Below the pieces are notes generated by a model. It made no database searches. It was not told where the DNA came from and saw only the letters and a list, made by a program, of their open reading frames with translations. From IMG/VR virus record IMGVR_UViG_3300033153_008361, positions 1-64,000 of that record: a stretch of 64,000 nucleotides of DNA; one strand, given 5' to 3'. Shown one piece after another: positions 36,726 through 45,334 of this stretch. How positions within the stretch are numbered: the stretch's first letter is position 1; the number at the start of each line of letters is the position of its first letter. The translations under genes and the position numbers were made by a program. Origin of the DNA: a virus.

Positions 36726-36781
36726 CTATCTATCCGACGCGGGCCGCGGGCGGTCCGCCTTAGTAATAAGGAGCAAGCGAA

Positions 36782-37549
36782 ATGATAAATGATCAGAATT
36801 TAGAGATCGGGCAATTGGTAAAGGTTAGCAGATCGCTCACCGTGGGCGATCTATATGGGGCGGGACATTCTCAGGCGGGGGAAGTGGTGATCGTGGCGGG
36901 GGAAGTCGGCCGGGTTATATCGCCTGTCATTGCAGAGGCGCGGGACGGGTCGAAGTTGGATCGGCCGTGGGTTGTGGTTCGCTTTTTCTTCACTTTGCCG
37001 GATCACTACCGGCGCGATCCAACCTGTGAACCGGTCCACAATATAAAGATCGGGCGGCTGGAAGCGGTGACAGAGGCGGAAGCGGTGATCCTGATTATGA
37101 TCGGGCGCTATGGTAAACCGTGGGCCAATACGAGACAGGATCGGGCGGCTATGGCCTCATATATGGATCAGCGGCCGTTATATGACGATCCCGGCGTTTT
37201 GGGTAACTGGAGATCAGCGGCTTCTATCTTGTCAGAAGTGGCGGAGCGGGTGAGCCTTGCTGCTTGGGGGGTTCATCCGGCCGGGGAGACGGATCTCACC
37301 GTATACATGGAAGCGGGCGATCCGGGTGAGCGGGTCAATTGTGAGGGGTTCGTTGTGGACGGGGACGGGGGGATCGTCTTTGATACTGTAGGCGGCGGGC
37401 CGTATCTCTGCGAAAGTTGCAACAAATCGATCCGGTTCTTGACATGCTCAGGGCGGGCGATCTGTGAGGCATGTCTGGACGCGGAGATCGCAGAGGCGGA
37501 AGCGGTGACAGGGGCGGGCTATATTACGCCTAATGAGGCGATCATATAA
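36782..37549 (+). CDS. hypothetical protein
   Basis: ORF track. It has an AAGGAGCAAGCGAA start region. The C-terminus contains CESC...CEAC. Confidence 0.65.
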   Translation: MINDQNLEIGQLVKVSRSLTVGDLYGAGHSQAGEVVIVAGEVGRVISPVIAEARDGSKLDRPWVVVRFFFTLPDHYRRDPTCEPVHNIKIGRLEAVTEAEAVILIMIGRYGKPWANTRQDRAAMASYMDQRPLYDDPGVLGNWRSAASILSEVAERVSLAAWGVHPAGETDLTVYMEAGDPGERVNCEGFVVDGDGGIVFDTVGGGPYLCESCNKSIRFLTCSGRAICEACLDAEIAEAEAVTGAGYITPNEAII

Positions 37550-37914
37550 TGGCTATACGAAACGGTATAAAGTGGGGTAACGGGCGGATCTGGCAAATGA
37601 TCGGGAAAGCAGCAAGGGAAGCGGAGCGGGCCGAGCAGATCGAGCGGGTGAAAGCAGAGACGGCCGCGGGGGGTTTTCCGCTGTGCCTCTGTGACATATG
37701 CCTATATTATGAAAACGATCCCGCGGACCGGGCCAAGTGGCGGATCATTATGCACAGGCGGCGATCACAACTGATCGCGCTTAGCCGTCACTATCTGCGA
37801 AACTTTCACGGCTTCACAGCGGCGGAGTGTGATCAGTTCGGTCCTGAGTGTGATCGGGTCATTCTGGCACATAATGACGCGGCGATCCGTTGTGGCGGTG
37901 ATCCTATTGTATAA
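37549..37914 (+). CDS. hypothetical protein
   Basis: ORF track. It has a TAATG junction. Confidence 0.6.
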   Translation: MAIRNGIKWGNGRIWQMIGKAAREAERAEQIERVKAETAAGGFPLCLCDICLYYENDPADRAKWRIIMHRRRSQLIALSRHYLRNFHGFTAAECDQFGPECDRVILAHNDAAIRCGGDPIV

Positions 37915-37961
37915 CCAACGCGGGCCGGGTTCGGCTTGCCTTAGCTAAGGAGTAAAGCGAA

Positions 37962-40900
37962 ATGATACAGATCCACGATAAACAGACAGAAGCGAACGCG
38001 GGCCAAGCGGAACGGGCGACACTTTACCACCGATCCGGGCTTGGCCTTGGTTATAACAAGCGGGAAGTAAAGCGGATCGAATGGGCGCGGGGTCAATATG
38101 CCCAATATGATCAGGCGGTCCGGCTACGCTGGAGAGAACCCCGGCAACGCAAAGATCGCCAAACATGGCTCACTTATAAGCCGGACGCGGTGATCGTGGC
38201 GGGCTGGAATAACCCCGATCCGCCGTCCTCATATAACACAACTAAGGACAAAGACGGAACGATCCAACGCGGGAAATATACCAGTTTCGATCCCCGCTTT
38301 ACTTCCGATTTTCGGTCATGGCTTGCGGACGCGGGCCTCACGGTGATCGCGGACTTTCACAAGGCGGAGACAGGCGATCAGGGGTCGATCTCCCTTACAG
38401 AGATCGCGGAGCGGGGGCGGGCTGAGCGAGAAGCAGAAGCGGAGAAAGCAACGCGGATCGCGTCTGTTATAACGGAAGCAGAACCGGCCGAACTGGAAGC
38501 AGAGACGGAAGCGGGCGATCTTGGGGCTTATGATACGGCGGATAATTGGATCAATCGTTGGGGTGACTTCTACAAAGACACACAACAACACAACGCGGAA
38601 GCGGCCAAACTGGAAACAGAACCCGATCCCCTTGCTGATTATTCTAACGGGGATCTACTTGGTGATTATTTGGATCTGTGTCCTCATTATGATCAATCTG
38701 ATGAGGATATAACGGAGATCAGGACCGTACTCACGGCGCGGGGCTTCTTATTTGTGGCTCAGGCGGACGGGGGCGGGCCAACAGAGGCGGAAGTCAAAAC
38801 CACGGCGGATCGGCTCATCAGGGAAGCAAAAACGGCGGACCGGGCCAACGGACGCGGGCCGGGGTTCGATATATGGACTAAGGCACAAGCAGCGGCCAAA
38901 GCAGAAGCGGCGGAAGCTGAGCAACACGCGGAGACAGAACCCGCGGACCGGGTAAAGATTGAACCGGCCGACGCGGATCGCTTTGAATATATCGAACCCG
39001 AACCCGATCCAGTTATGCCAGCGGGCGCGGCGGAGTCAATCACAGGTAAAGAAGTTGGAAAAATGATCCGGCCACGGTTGCGGGCTATCTTTCCCGGCGT
39101 CACGTTCTATGTAAGGACTGATCATAGTTCACTTGATATAAGCTGGATCGACGGGCCAACGGGGGCGGAAGTCAAAAAGATCGCGGGCCAATATGACGGC
39201 GGCGGCTTCGATGGCATGATCGATCTTGGTTATTGTATTTATCATTGGTTAATGCCAGATGGATCGACGCGGATCGCCTATTCCAGCGGTACAGCGGGAT
39301 CGGGGGGTTCTGTGTCCGCGTTTGGCGGTGACGGGTCAAAGCCTGATCCGGGGGCGCGGTTGGTTAGCTTCCACACGGAATATATAAACTGTAAACGGGC
39401 GCATTCGGCCGACTTCTTAAAGCGGGCGGGGGAGCAAATCAGCGGTGAGTATAATTGGCCTGTGCCAAAGATTGAAGCTAGTACAACATGGATCTCACAC
39501 TCCAAAACTATTGACGGCGCGTCATTTGTCCATGATCCGATCAACGCTCCAGCCCCCGCGGATCATTTTCGGGCGGGCGGGTCGCCTTATGTCCGATCTT
39601 TGGGCGGGGTTTTCGATCACGCGGCTCACGATATAAGCTATTATGAACCGCCAAAAGCAAAGCCGAAAGCTAAGCGGGCCGCGGGCGGGGCTTCTGTCGA
39701 TTATGATCCCGCGGAAGCGGTGATCACCTATAGTGAGCGGAACGGCGCGATCTGGACATGGATCGAAACGGTAAAACCCCCGGCCGATGTGAGGGACGGG
39801 CTAACGGGGATCGGCTTCTTTTGGTGGCGGAAGCGGGGCAAATGGGCCGCCAAGCAAGAGATCGCAGAGGACACGATCCGCGCTATACTGGAAGGGGGAT
39901 CGGGCGCTCAGGGAGACGGGGACGGGGGCGGAGAAGCTGATCCGCCGTCCTCATCCCCAAGCAAGCCAAAGACTAAGGCCGAACCGGGGACAGAACCCGA
40001 TCAAGCTAAGGCGGAGAAGCTGATCGCCTTGGCGGACTCCTTCGACAAACAGATCCAAAAGAAGCGGGACACGTTCAAAGGGGCTAACCTCACTCACAGG
40101 CGGGCGGAGTTCATAGCGTCCGCAAACTATGACGCGGATCGAATGCAAGAAGCACAAATGATCCTGATCGCCTTGGCGGACCTGTGGACAGTTGGAAGCG
40201 TCCCGGCGCAATTTAGGAAAATGGGAACTAAAAAAACGGCGCTGGAGTTGACTCACAATATCCGGGCGCGGGCTAAGTATGGGGATAAGTACCCATCAGA
40301 CTATAATGATCGTGTTTGGGGGTCATGGGGCGATTATAACGCGGCTCACGCATGGGCGGACCGGGTGATCTCAGGGGTCGATAACACTGAGCGAGACGCG
40401 GAGCGAAAGATCGCCGGGCTGGAGCAAAACGCCAAATTTGCCAAGATCCGCGGGTTTTTCCCCACTCCGCGGGCCGTGGCGGATCTTATGCTGGAGCATG
40501 TGAACCTCACAGAGGGGGATCTTGTTTTAGAACCCTCAGCGGGATCGGGCGCTCTATGCGATATGATCGCGGAATACTTCCCACGCGCCACGCTTCACGC
40601 GGTCGAAGTGTCTCACATGCTCAGGGAGATCCTCACCTTAAAGGGGCACGAGTTGATCGGCCGGGACATTTACGATCTCGATCCTGTGGATAGCATCGGA
40701 AAATATGACGCGATCATAATGAATCCCCCATTTGAAAAAATGCAAGACGCCGATCACGTTCGCTTTTGTTATGCGATGTTAAAAAGCGGCGGAACGCTAG
40801 TGAGCGTTATGTCCCCGTCACCCTTCCACAATTCCACTCACGCGGCGGCGGATTTCCGATCATGGTTCGATACATTTGGCGGTGAGAAGTTCGATCTCCC

Positions 40901-40967
40901 CGTTGGCAGCTTCAAAAAGTCCGGGACGGGCGTAAGTTCTTGTTTTATTGTCATCAGCAAAGATTAG
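37962..40967 (+). CDS. large polyvalent-type protein with C-terminal gamma-class N6-adenine DNA methyltransferase domain
   Basis: The C-terminus has motif I (LEPSAGSGAL) followed by motif IV (IIMNPPF). The upstream 800 aa contain Ala/Glu-rich linkers and unassigned globular modules, for example FYVRTDHSSLDISWIDGP and GIGFFWWRKRGKW. Confidence 0.75.
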   Translation: MIQIHDKQTEANAGQAERATLYHRSGLGLGYNKREVKRIEWARGQYAQYDQAVRLRWREPRQRKDRQTWLTYKPDAVIVAGWNNPDPPSSYNTTKDKDGTIQRGKYTSFDPRFTSDFRSWLADAGLTVIADFHKAETGDQGSISLTEIAERGRAEREAEAEKATRIASVITEAEPAELEAETEAGDLGAYDTADNWINRWGDFYKDTQQHNAEAAKLETEPDPLADYSNGDLLGDYLDLCPHYDQSDEDITEIRTVLTARGFLFVAQADGGGPTEAEVKTTADRLIREAKTADRANGRGPGFDIWTKAQAAAKAEAAEAEQHAETEPADRVKIEPADADRFEYIEPEPDPVMPAGAAESITGKEVGKMIRPRLRAIFPGVTFYVRTDHSSLDISWIDGPTGAEVKKIAGQYDGGGFDGMIDLGYCIYHWLMPDGSTRIAYSSGTAGSGGSVSAFGGDGSKPDPGARLVSFHTEYINCKRAHSADFLKRAGEQISGEYNWPVPKIEASTTWISHSKTIDGASFVHDPINAPAPADHFRAGGSPYVRSLGGVFDHAAHDISYYEPPKAKPKAKRAAGGASVDYDPAEAVITYSERNGAIWTWIETVKPPADVRDGLTGIGFFWWRKRGKWAAKQEIAEDTIRAILEGGSGAQGDGDGGGEADPPSSSPSKPKTKAEPGTEPDQAKAEKLIALADSFDKQIQKKRDTFKGANLTHRRAEFIASANYDADRMQEAQMILIALADLWTVGSVPAQFRKMGTKKTALELTHNIRARAKYGDKYPSDYNDRVWGSWGDYNAAHAWADRVISGVDNTERDAERKIAGLEQNAKFAKIRGFFPTPRAVADLMLEHVNLTEGDLVLEPSAGSGALCDMIAEYFPRATLHAVEVSHMLREILTLKGHELIGRDIYDLDPVDSIGKYDAIIMNPPFEKMQDADHVRFCYAMLKSGGTLVSVMSPSPFHNSTHAAADFRSWFDTFGGEKFDLPVGSFKKSGTGVSSCFIVISKD

Positions 40968-40994
40968 GGCCGGGAACGGTCAAAGGATCGTATT

Positions 40995-41195
40995 ATGTAC
41001 TATGTATTTTCCTACTATACCAAAAGATACAACGCCAAAGGGGAGATCGTGACCGAGTACGCGCCACGGCTACACACGATCAAAAAGAATATTGAGACGG
41101 AAGCGGAAGCACAACAGGCGGTGAGGGATTATGACGCCACTCACAAACGCGGGCCGCTCGGCCGGGTTGCTGGATATGATGACCAAAGACGCTAA
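40995..41195 (+). CDS. hypothetical protein
   Basis: ORF track. It has an AAAGGA RBS. Confidence 0.5.
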   Translation: MYYVFSYYTKRYNAKGEIVTEYAPRLHTIKKNIETEAEAQQAVRDYDATHKRGPLGRVAGYDDQRR

Positions 41196-41208
41196 AGGAG
41201 ATCAACCA

Positions 41209-41622
41209 ATGAACGATCAAGAAAAAATACACGCGGACACGGAACACGCGCCAGAAGTCGATCCGGGCTTCTCGGGGCTTCACACGCGGGAAACGTGGGA
41301 GCAAATCTCACAGGCGCTATTCAAGATTGAACAGACGGCCGTAACGCTCCAGCGCCAAGCTAAGCGGGCGCAATACTACGCGGGCGCGGCTAGTTCGCTT
41401 CTTTTCTTGCTGGAGCAAGAACCCGAAACGCTAGAAAAAATGCTTGATTCTTTGGGGCTTCACATGGATGAGCACGATCAGCGGATCGATCTCCTTACAA
41501 GCAGTACGGCGGACTCTGATCAATGGGCCGTAGCATCGGCCGAAACTCTGATCGCGTTACATGAACTCAATCAACTTTGGGGTACATTAGATCCTTTAGT
41601 ACAAGAGTTAGGTATTAACTAA
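41209..41622 (+). CDS. hypothetical protein (MND N-terminus like the 32.6-34.5 kb paralogs)
   Basis: ATG 41209 follows AAAGGAG. It starts ATGAACGATCA, as do three upstream paralogs. Confidence 0.55.
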   Translation: MNDQEKIHADTEHAPEVDPGFSGLHTRETWEQISQALFKIEQTAVTLQRQAKRAQYYAGAASSLLFLLEQEPETLEKMLDSLGLHMDEHDQRIDLLTSSTADSDQWAVASAETLIALHELNQLWGTLDPLVQELGIN

Positions 41623-41672
41623 ATAAACACGCGCTAGAGCGATCCAGCGCCTTAAAATAAGGAGTAAGCGAA

Positions 41673-42350
41673 ATGAGTCACAATGTATTTATGACAGAGG
41701 ACGTTAACACATTCAGCACATTAATGTATCAATACGGCCACGGATCGAGCGGGCGCGGGCCTTGGCGGGTGATTGGCGGTGACGATCTCCGTTCTGAGGG
41801 GATCAAATTTGACGCCACTCCGCGCCACTGGTACATAACTAACACGCTCACAGGCGTTTCTAAGCGGATCGGACCGTCCACAGGCCGGGGCACTAATTAC
41901 TTTGATCGGGCGCGGTTATTGGCCGAGCAACGTAACCAAGACCACTGGAGCAAGAACCCGCCAACGCTGAACACACCTGATGAGATCGCGGACCTGTGGA
42001 TCGAGCGGGATCGGATCGTCCTGGAGTTTAACGGATCTGATAAGGTTGGGATCAGGGTACGCGGTTTTAATGCTGTGATCAATGCCTATTTTGAGAAGCT
42101 ACCCGGCCGGGGTTGGGTCGAAATTGGCGGACCGTTCCAAGGTTTTAACCGGGTACTTGGGCCGGGGTTCAATTGGTCCTCAGAGGGGCTACAGGTACAG
42201 ATCCGCGGCGGCCAATGGAAGCATAACAAGATCCAACCGGGCGAAATTAAGCGGCTGGAAGGGCTGATCGCGGGTTGGCTGGAGTCTCAACACCTACGCG
42301 ATCTGGAAGTCAAGGTAACACGCACTAGGGGCGGGGAGCGTCTGTACTAA
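41673..42350 (+). CDS. hypothetical protein
   Basis: ORF track. It has the conserved initiation motif. Confidence 0.6.
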   Translation: MSHNVFMTEDVNTFSTLMYQYGHGSSGRGPWRVIGGDDLRSEGIKFDATPRHWYITNTLTGVSKRIGPSTGRGTNYFDRARLLAEQRNQDHWSKNPPTLNTPDEIADLWIERDRIVLEFNGSDKVGIRVRGFNAVINAYFEKLPGRGWVEIGGPFQGFNRVLGPGFNWSSEGLQVQIRGGQWKHNKIQPGEIKRLEGLIAGWLESQHLRDLEVKVTRTRGGERLY

Positions 42351-42562
42351 TGGACAAAAACGCGCTCACGATCACAATAAACGGCCGTAATTGGCGGGGG
42401 TCACGCTTTGTAGATGAGGTTGATCTCGCCGTCCTGGAAAAAATGATCGCCATGTACCTGGAGCACAAACAGTACGCGATCTTTGAAACACGCCAAGCGC
42501 CGGATCATATTGTTTATGATTATACGGTCACGGTAACGCGCTCCAGCGGGGGATCGGCTTAA
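42350..42562 (+). CDS. hypothetical protein
   Basis: ORF track. It has a TAATG junction. Confidence 0.5.
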   Translation: MDKNALTITINGRNWRGSRFVDEVDLAVLEKMIAMYLEHKQYAIFETRQAPDHIVYDYTVTVTRSSGGSA

Positions 42563-42843
42563 TGTTCACTTTTGAGACTGATTGTACCTGTAGTACGGCG
42601 CGGTGGATCAACAATATGGTTGATCAGGCGCGTGAGGTTACTTATGAGACGCTAGTACGCCGGGTAGGGGTCGATCAATTGGCCTCTGTGTTTCCCTTCT
42701 ACGAGTGGGGGCGCGGGACGCGGGCGGGCCTCAGAATGAAAGATGACTATATGATCAGCTACTATCGGAGCAAATACCGCGGGCGGACCTGCTACTATGT
42801 TTGTCATTCATCTATTGAATATATTTTCACTGAGTCCGGCTAA
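42562..42843 (+). CDS. hypothetical protein
   Basis: ORF track. It has a TAATG junction. Confidence 0.5.
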   Translation: MFTFETDCTCSTARWINNMVDQAREVTYETLVRRVGVDQLASVFPFYEWGRGTRAGLRMKDDYMISYYRSKYRGRTCYYVCHSSIEYIFTESG

Positions 42844-42863
42844 GGCCGGGAAGGAAAAGCGAA

Positions 42864-43547
42864 ATGATAAAAGTAAACGCATCAGATATTAAAGTTAATT
42901 TGCTCCTGGATGATTGTCCCGATCTGTCATGGTTGGGGACGTTTGGAACTAAGCCGGAAACGGATCAGGCGATCAAGCACAACGGCGGGCGTAATACGCT
43001 CCCTTGGTTCAATCCTGGTAACGCGGGTGAGGATTATGAGGACGAATATTGCCAGCAAGATTATGAGCGGATCATGGGCTATGAAAATGGGGATTGGTAT
43101 ATGATGGGCGTCCGGGCCAAGATCACGCTCACGCTCCCTGAGTTCAAGGAAAACGCTTTACAACGGCTCGGCCGTCGGTTGGGCCTGTTAAAACGGGTTC
43201 ACAAGTCCTGGAGTCTACACGAATTCAATACGCCGGGGCTATGGGGGGTCGAATCTGACTCTGATTATTTCCTGGAAGTCTGGATTGAAGAGGTTTACTC
43301 ACTCGTTGCCCAACTCAGGCAGCTAAACATTAAGGTTAAGAATGATCACGCGGGCTTCTTAACGGTTGATCCCCCCTTCGATAGTGAGTCTGTTATCACC
43401 CTCAGTGATAGGCAACGGGCGGACCTGGATCGGGCGCTGGCCGCCGGTCCGTTTTGGGCGAAGCGTTTCGGGCGCTGGATCGTTCGGTTATTAGATAGTC
43501 GATACGCCAAAACTCAGGCGGAGATCGCAGTATTTAACGCGGCTTAG
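42864..43547 (+). CDS. hypothetical protein
   Basis: ORF track. It has a GGAAGGAAAAGCGAA start region. Confidence 0.6.
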   Translation: MIKVNASDIKVNLLLDDCPDLSWLGTFGTKPETDQAIKHNGGRNTLPWFNPGNAGEDYEDEYCQQDYERIMGYENGDWYMMGVRAKITLTLPEFKENALQRLGRRLGLLKRVHKSWSLHEFNTPGLWGVESDSDYFLEVWIEEVYSLVAQLRQLNIKVKNDHAGFLTVDPPFDSESVITLSDRQRADLDRALAAGPFWAKRFGRWIVRLLDSRYAKTQAEIAVFNAA

Positions 43548-43611
43548 GGCGTTTGGGGTATCACAGGTTATATCGGGCCACTTAGGGCCGTAAGGCCAAA
43601 GGATAAGCGAA

Positions 43612-44139
43612 ATGAAAGATACTAACGAGATCACAATAAAGAATCATAAACATGGAAAAACCTATTTTGGGAAGCGTAACGCGGCCATTATCACGAACCC
43701 GATAGGGGCAACATTTACAAGCGTCCGCTTCTATGAAAGTGAGGCCGATCTACAGGCCGGGGATCTGGCCTTGTCTTTTCGCAGGGACTTCCGAAACTGG
43801 ACGAAAATAAGCGGCCGGAAGCAAGCCGAGATCGCGGCCACTATTTGGGCCAATATGACGCGGGGTGTAACCGTTTGGGATAACGGCGGAGCAACGGCCG
43901 ATCGTTACCGGGTCATTATTAATACCTCTGTGTACTATATGAGCAAACGCGCCAACCAACCAAACGGGGTGTGCATGTATTCGGGCGAAACATTCAACAA
44001 CCATGAAAACACAGGAGATCCAAAGAAGCGGATCGCGCTCGGGGATCTTCCGCTCGGGGTTGCATCGCAGATCGGATACCTCATCTATGCTGAGCATGAA
44101 CACCTAGAATACTTAAAGGAGATCGGCCATGTTCAATAA
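43612..44139 (+). CDS. hypothetical protein
   Basis: ORF track. It has an AAAGGATAAGCGAA start region. Confidence 0.6.
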   Translation: MKDTNEITIKNHKHGKTYFGKRNAAIITNPIGATFTSVRFYESEADLQAGDLALSFRRDFRNWTKISGRKQAEIAATIWANMTRGVTVWDNGGATADRYRVIINTSVYYMSKRANQPNGVCMYSGETFNNHENTGDPKKRIALGDLPLGVASQIGYLIYAEHEHLEYLKEIGHVQ

Positions 44140-44971
44140 AAAACTGATCGTCAATGGAAATTTGGAGATCGCAGAGTCAGGAGGGGGCTTCACTCCCTGC
44201 TTGATCATGGTTGGGCCTAAACCGCTCGACACGCTGATCGCTGAGCATGTAGGAATCAAGAAGTCCGGCCGGGAACACGCGCTCCAGGATAACGCCAACC
44301 ATTATTTGGGGCATGTTCAGATCACTATTGAACCGGTCTATATCGTTTGCCCTGGGTGTGGTGATTCTAACCTGAATTATGATCATAATGACGATATACG
44401 CGGGCGCTTCTTGTATGATTGCTTGGCCTGTGGTATCAGCTTCGATGAGGACGGCGCAAAGAATACGCGCTGGCTCACCGTGGCGGACGTTCAGGACCGT
44501 TGTAATTTTATCTCTATGACTAATAAGCCCCTTCTCCGTTTTTGGGCGCAGTATTTAGAGATGAATGTTGGGGTCAAGTTTGGAAACGGGGGGATCTATA
44601 GCCGTTGGGATCTGGATCTAGGGGGCTACGCGGAAATTTACCTCACAGAATCAGACGCGCCACGCGCCAGGGATAGGGTTTTTCCTTATTTAATCGTGGT
44701 TGATCGAACCGATCAGAATGATGAACCTGTACCGGCCGATCTCGTTATCATGCCTACCCATGATAAGCTGGACGTGGGGGACTTTCTTAACCTGCTCTTT
44801 TTTGTCCCCTGGTATGAGTGTGAGGGAGTGCTGCTAGTCTCAGGCGCGGAGATCAACAACGTGACAACACTCCAACCGGCCGACGCGGGGATCGATATTG
44901 TGGCAAGTCAGATATTTAAGATAGATGAGTCCCTGAAAAACTTCGATAATCATGGTGGGTTCAGCATTTAA
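44129..44971 (+). CDS. hypothetical protein
   Basis: ORF track. It has an AAGGAG RBS and an internal CPGCG...CLAC pair. Confidence 0.6.
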   Translation: MFNKKLIVNGNLEIAESGGGFTPCLIMVGPKPLDTLIAEHVGIKKSGREHALQDNANHYLGHVQITIEPVYIVCPGCGDSNLNYDHNDDIRGRFLYDCLACGISFDEDGAKNTRWLTVADVQDRCNFISMTNKPLLRFWAQYLEMNVGVKFGNGGIYSRWDLDLGGYAEIYLTESDAPRARDRVFPYLIVVDRTDQNDEPVPADLVIMPTHDKLDVGDFLNLLFFVPWYECEGVLLVSGAEINNVTTLQPADAGIDIVASQIFKIDESLKNFDNHGGFSI

Positions 44972-44987
44972 TAAGGAGTAAAGCGAA

Positions 44988-45317
44988 ATGAAGAAAAACA
45001 AATCATTCAAATGGAAAGTTACGCTTCTGACAGACTCGGGCAACTTCAAAGGATCTCCCTTCTCTAGTAGCCGATTTGACGCGGAAGGGTTCAGGATCGG
45101 GGACATAATCGTAACGCAAATCAAGGCCGACGCGGTAACAATCGGGCGGAACTATGTCCAACGAAAACCGCCCTATGATAAGCGTAAGGCTATCATCCAA
45201 CGCCGTTGGGGAGCGATCAAGCCGTCTCAGGTTCTTTATTCCCAAGGCATGATAATCGAAAAGAATCAGGCTCACCATATCGATCCGGCTTCGCCAACCG
45301 GCTATAGCGTTATATAA
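44988..45317 (+). CDS. hypothetical protein
   Basis: ORF track. It has the conserved initiation motif. Confidence 0.55.
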   Translation: MKKNKSFKWKVTLLTDSGNFKGSPFSSSRFDAEGFRIGDIIVTQIKADAVTIGRNYVQRKPPYDKRKAIIQRRWGAIKPSQVLYSQGMIIEKNQAHHIDPASPTGYSVI

Positions 45318-45334
45318 CGCAAAGGAGATCAATT

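Noticed and set aside
35114-36763. ORFs 35114..35362, 35136..35726, 35226..35432, 35359..35577, 35848..36252, 36140..36763, 36217..36714, 36265..36552 and 36324..36605 in islands B and C.
   Set aside because: They have the same low-complexity character. They overlap one another in several frames and on both strands. They lack initiation motifs, whereas every real gene nearby has a strong conserved one.
31170-36780. A diversity-generating retroelement or retron as the explanation for the repeats.
   Set aside because: There is no reverse transcriptase ORF anywhere in the window. There is also no template/variable repeat pair with adenine-specific differences.
38316-40591. Antisense or off-frame ORFs inside the 1001-aa gene. 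Similar nested ORFs lie inside terL, the portal gene, the capsid gene, dnaB and the methyltransferases (for example 15558..15857 and 57476..57904).
   Set aside because: They are fully contained in long, motif-supported genes and have biased composition typical of shadow frames.
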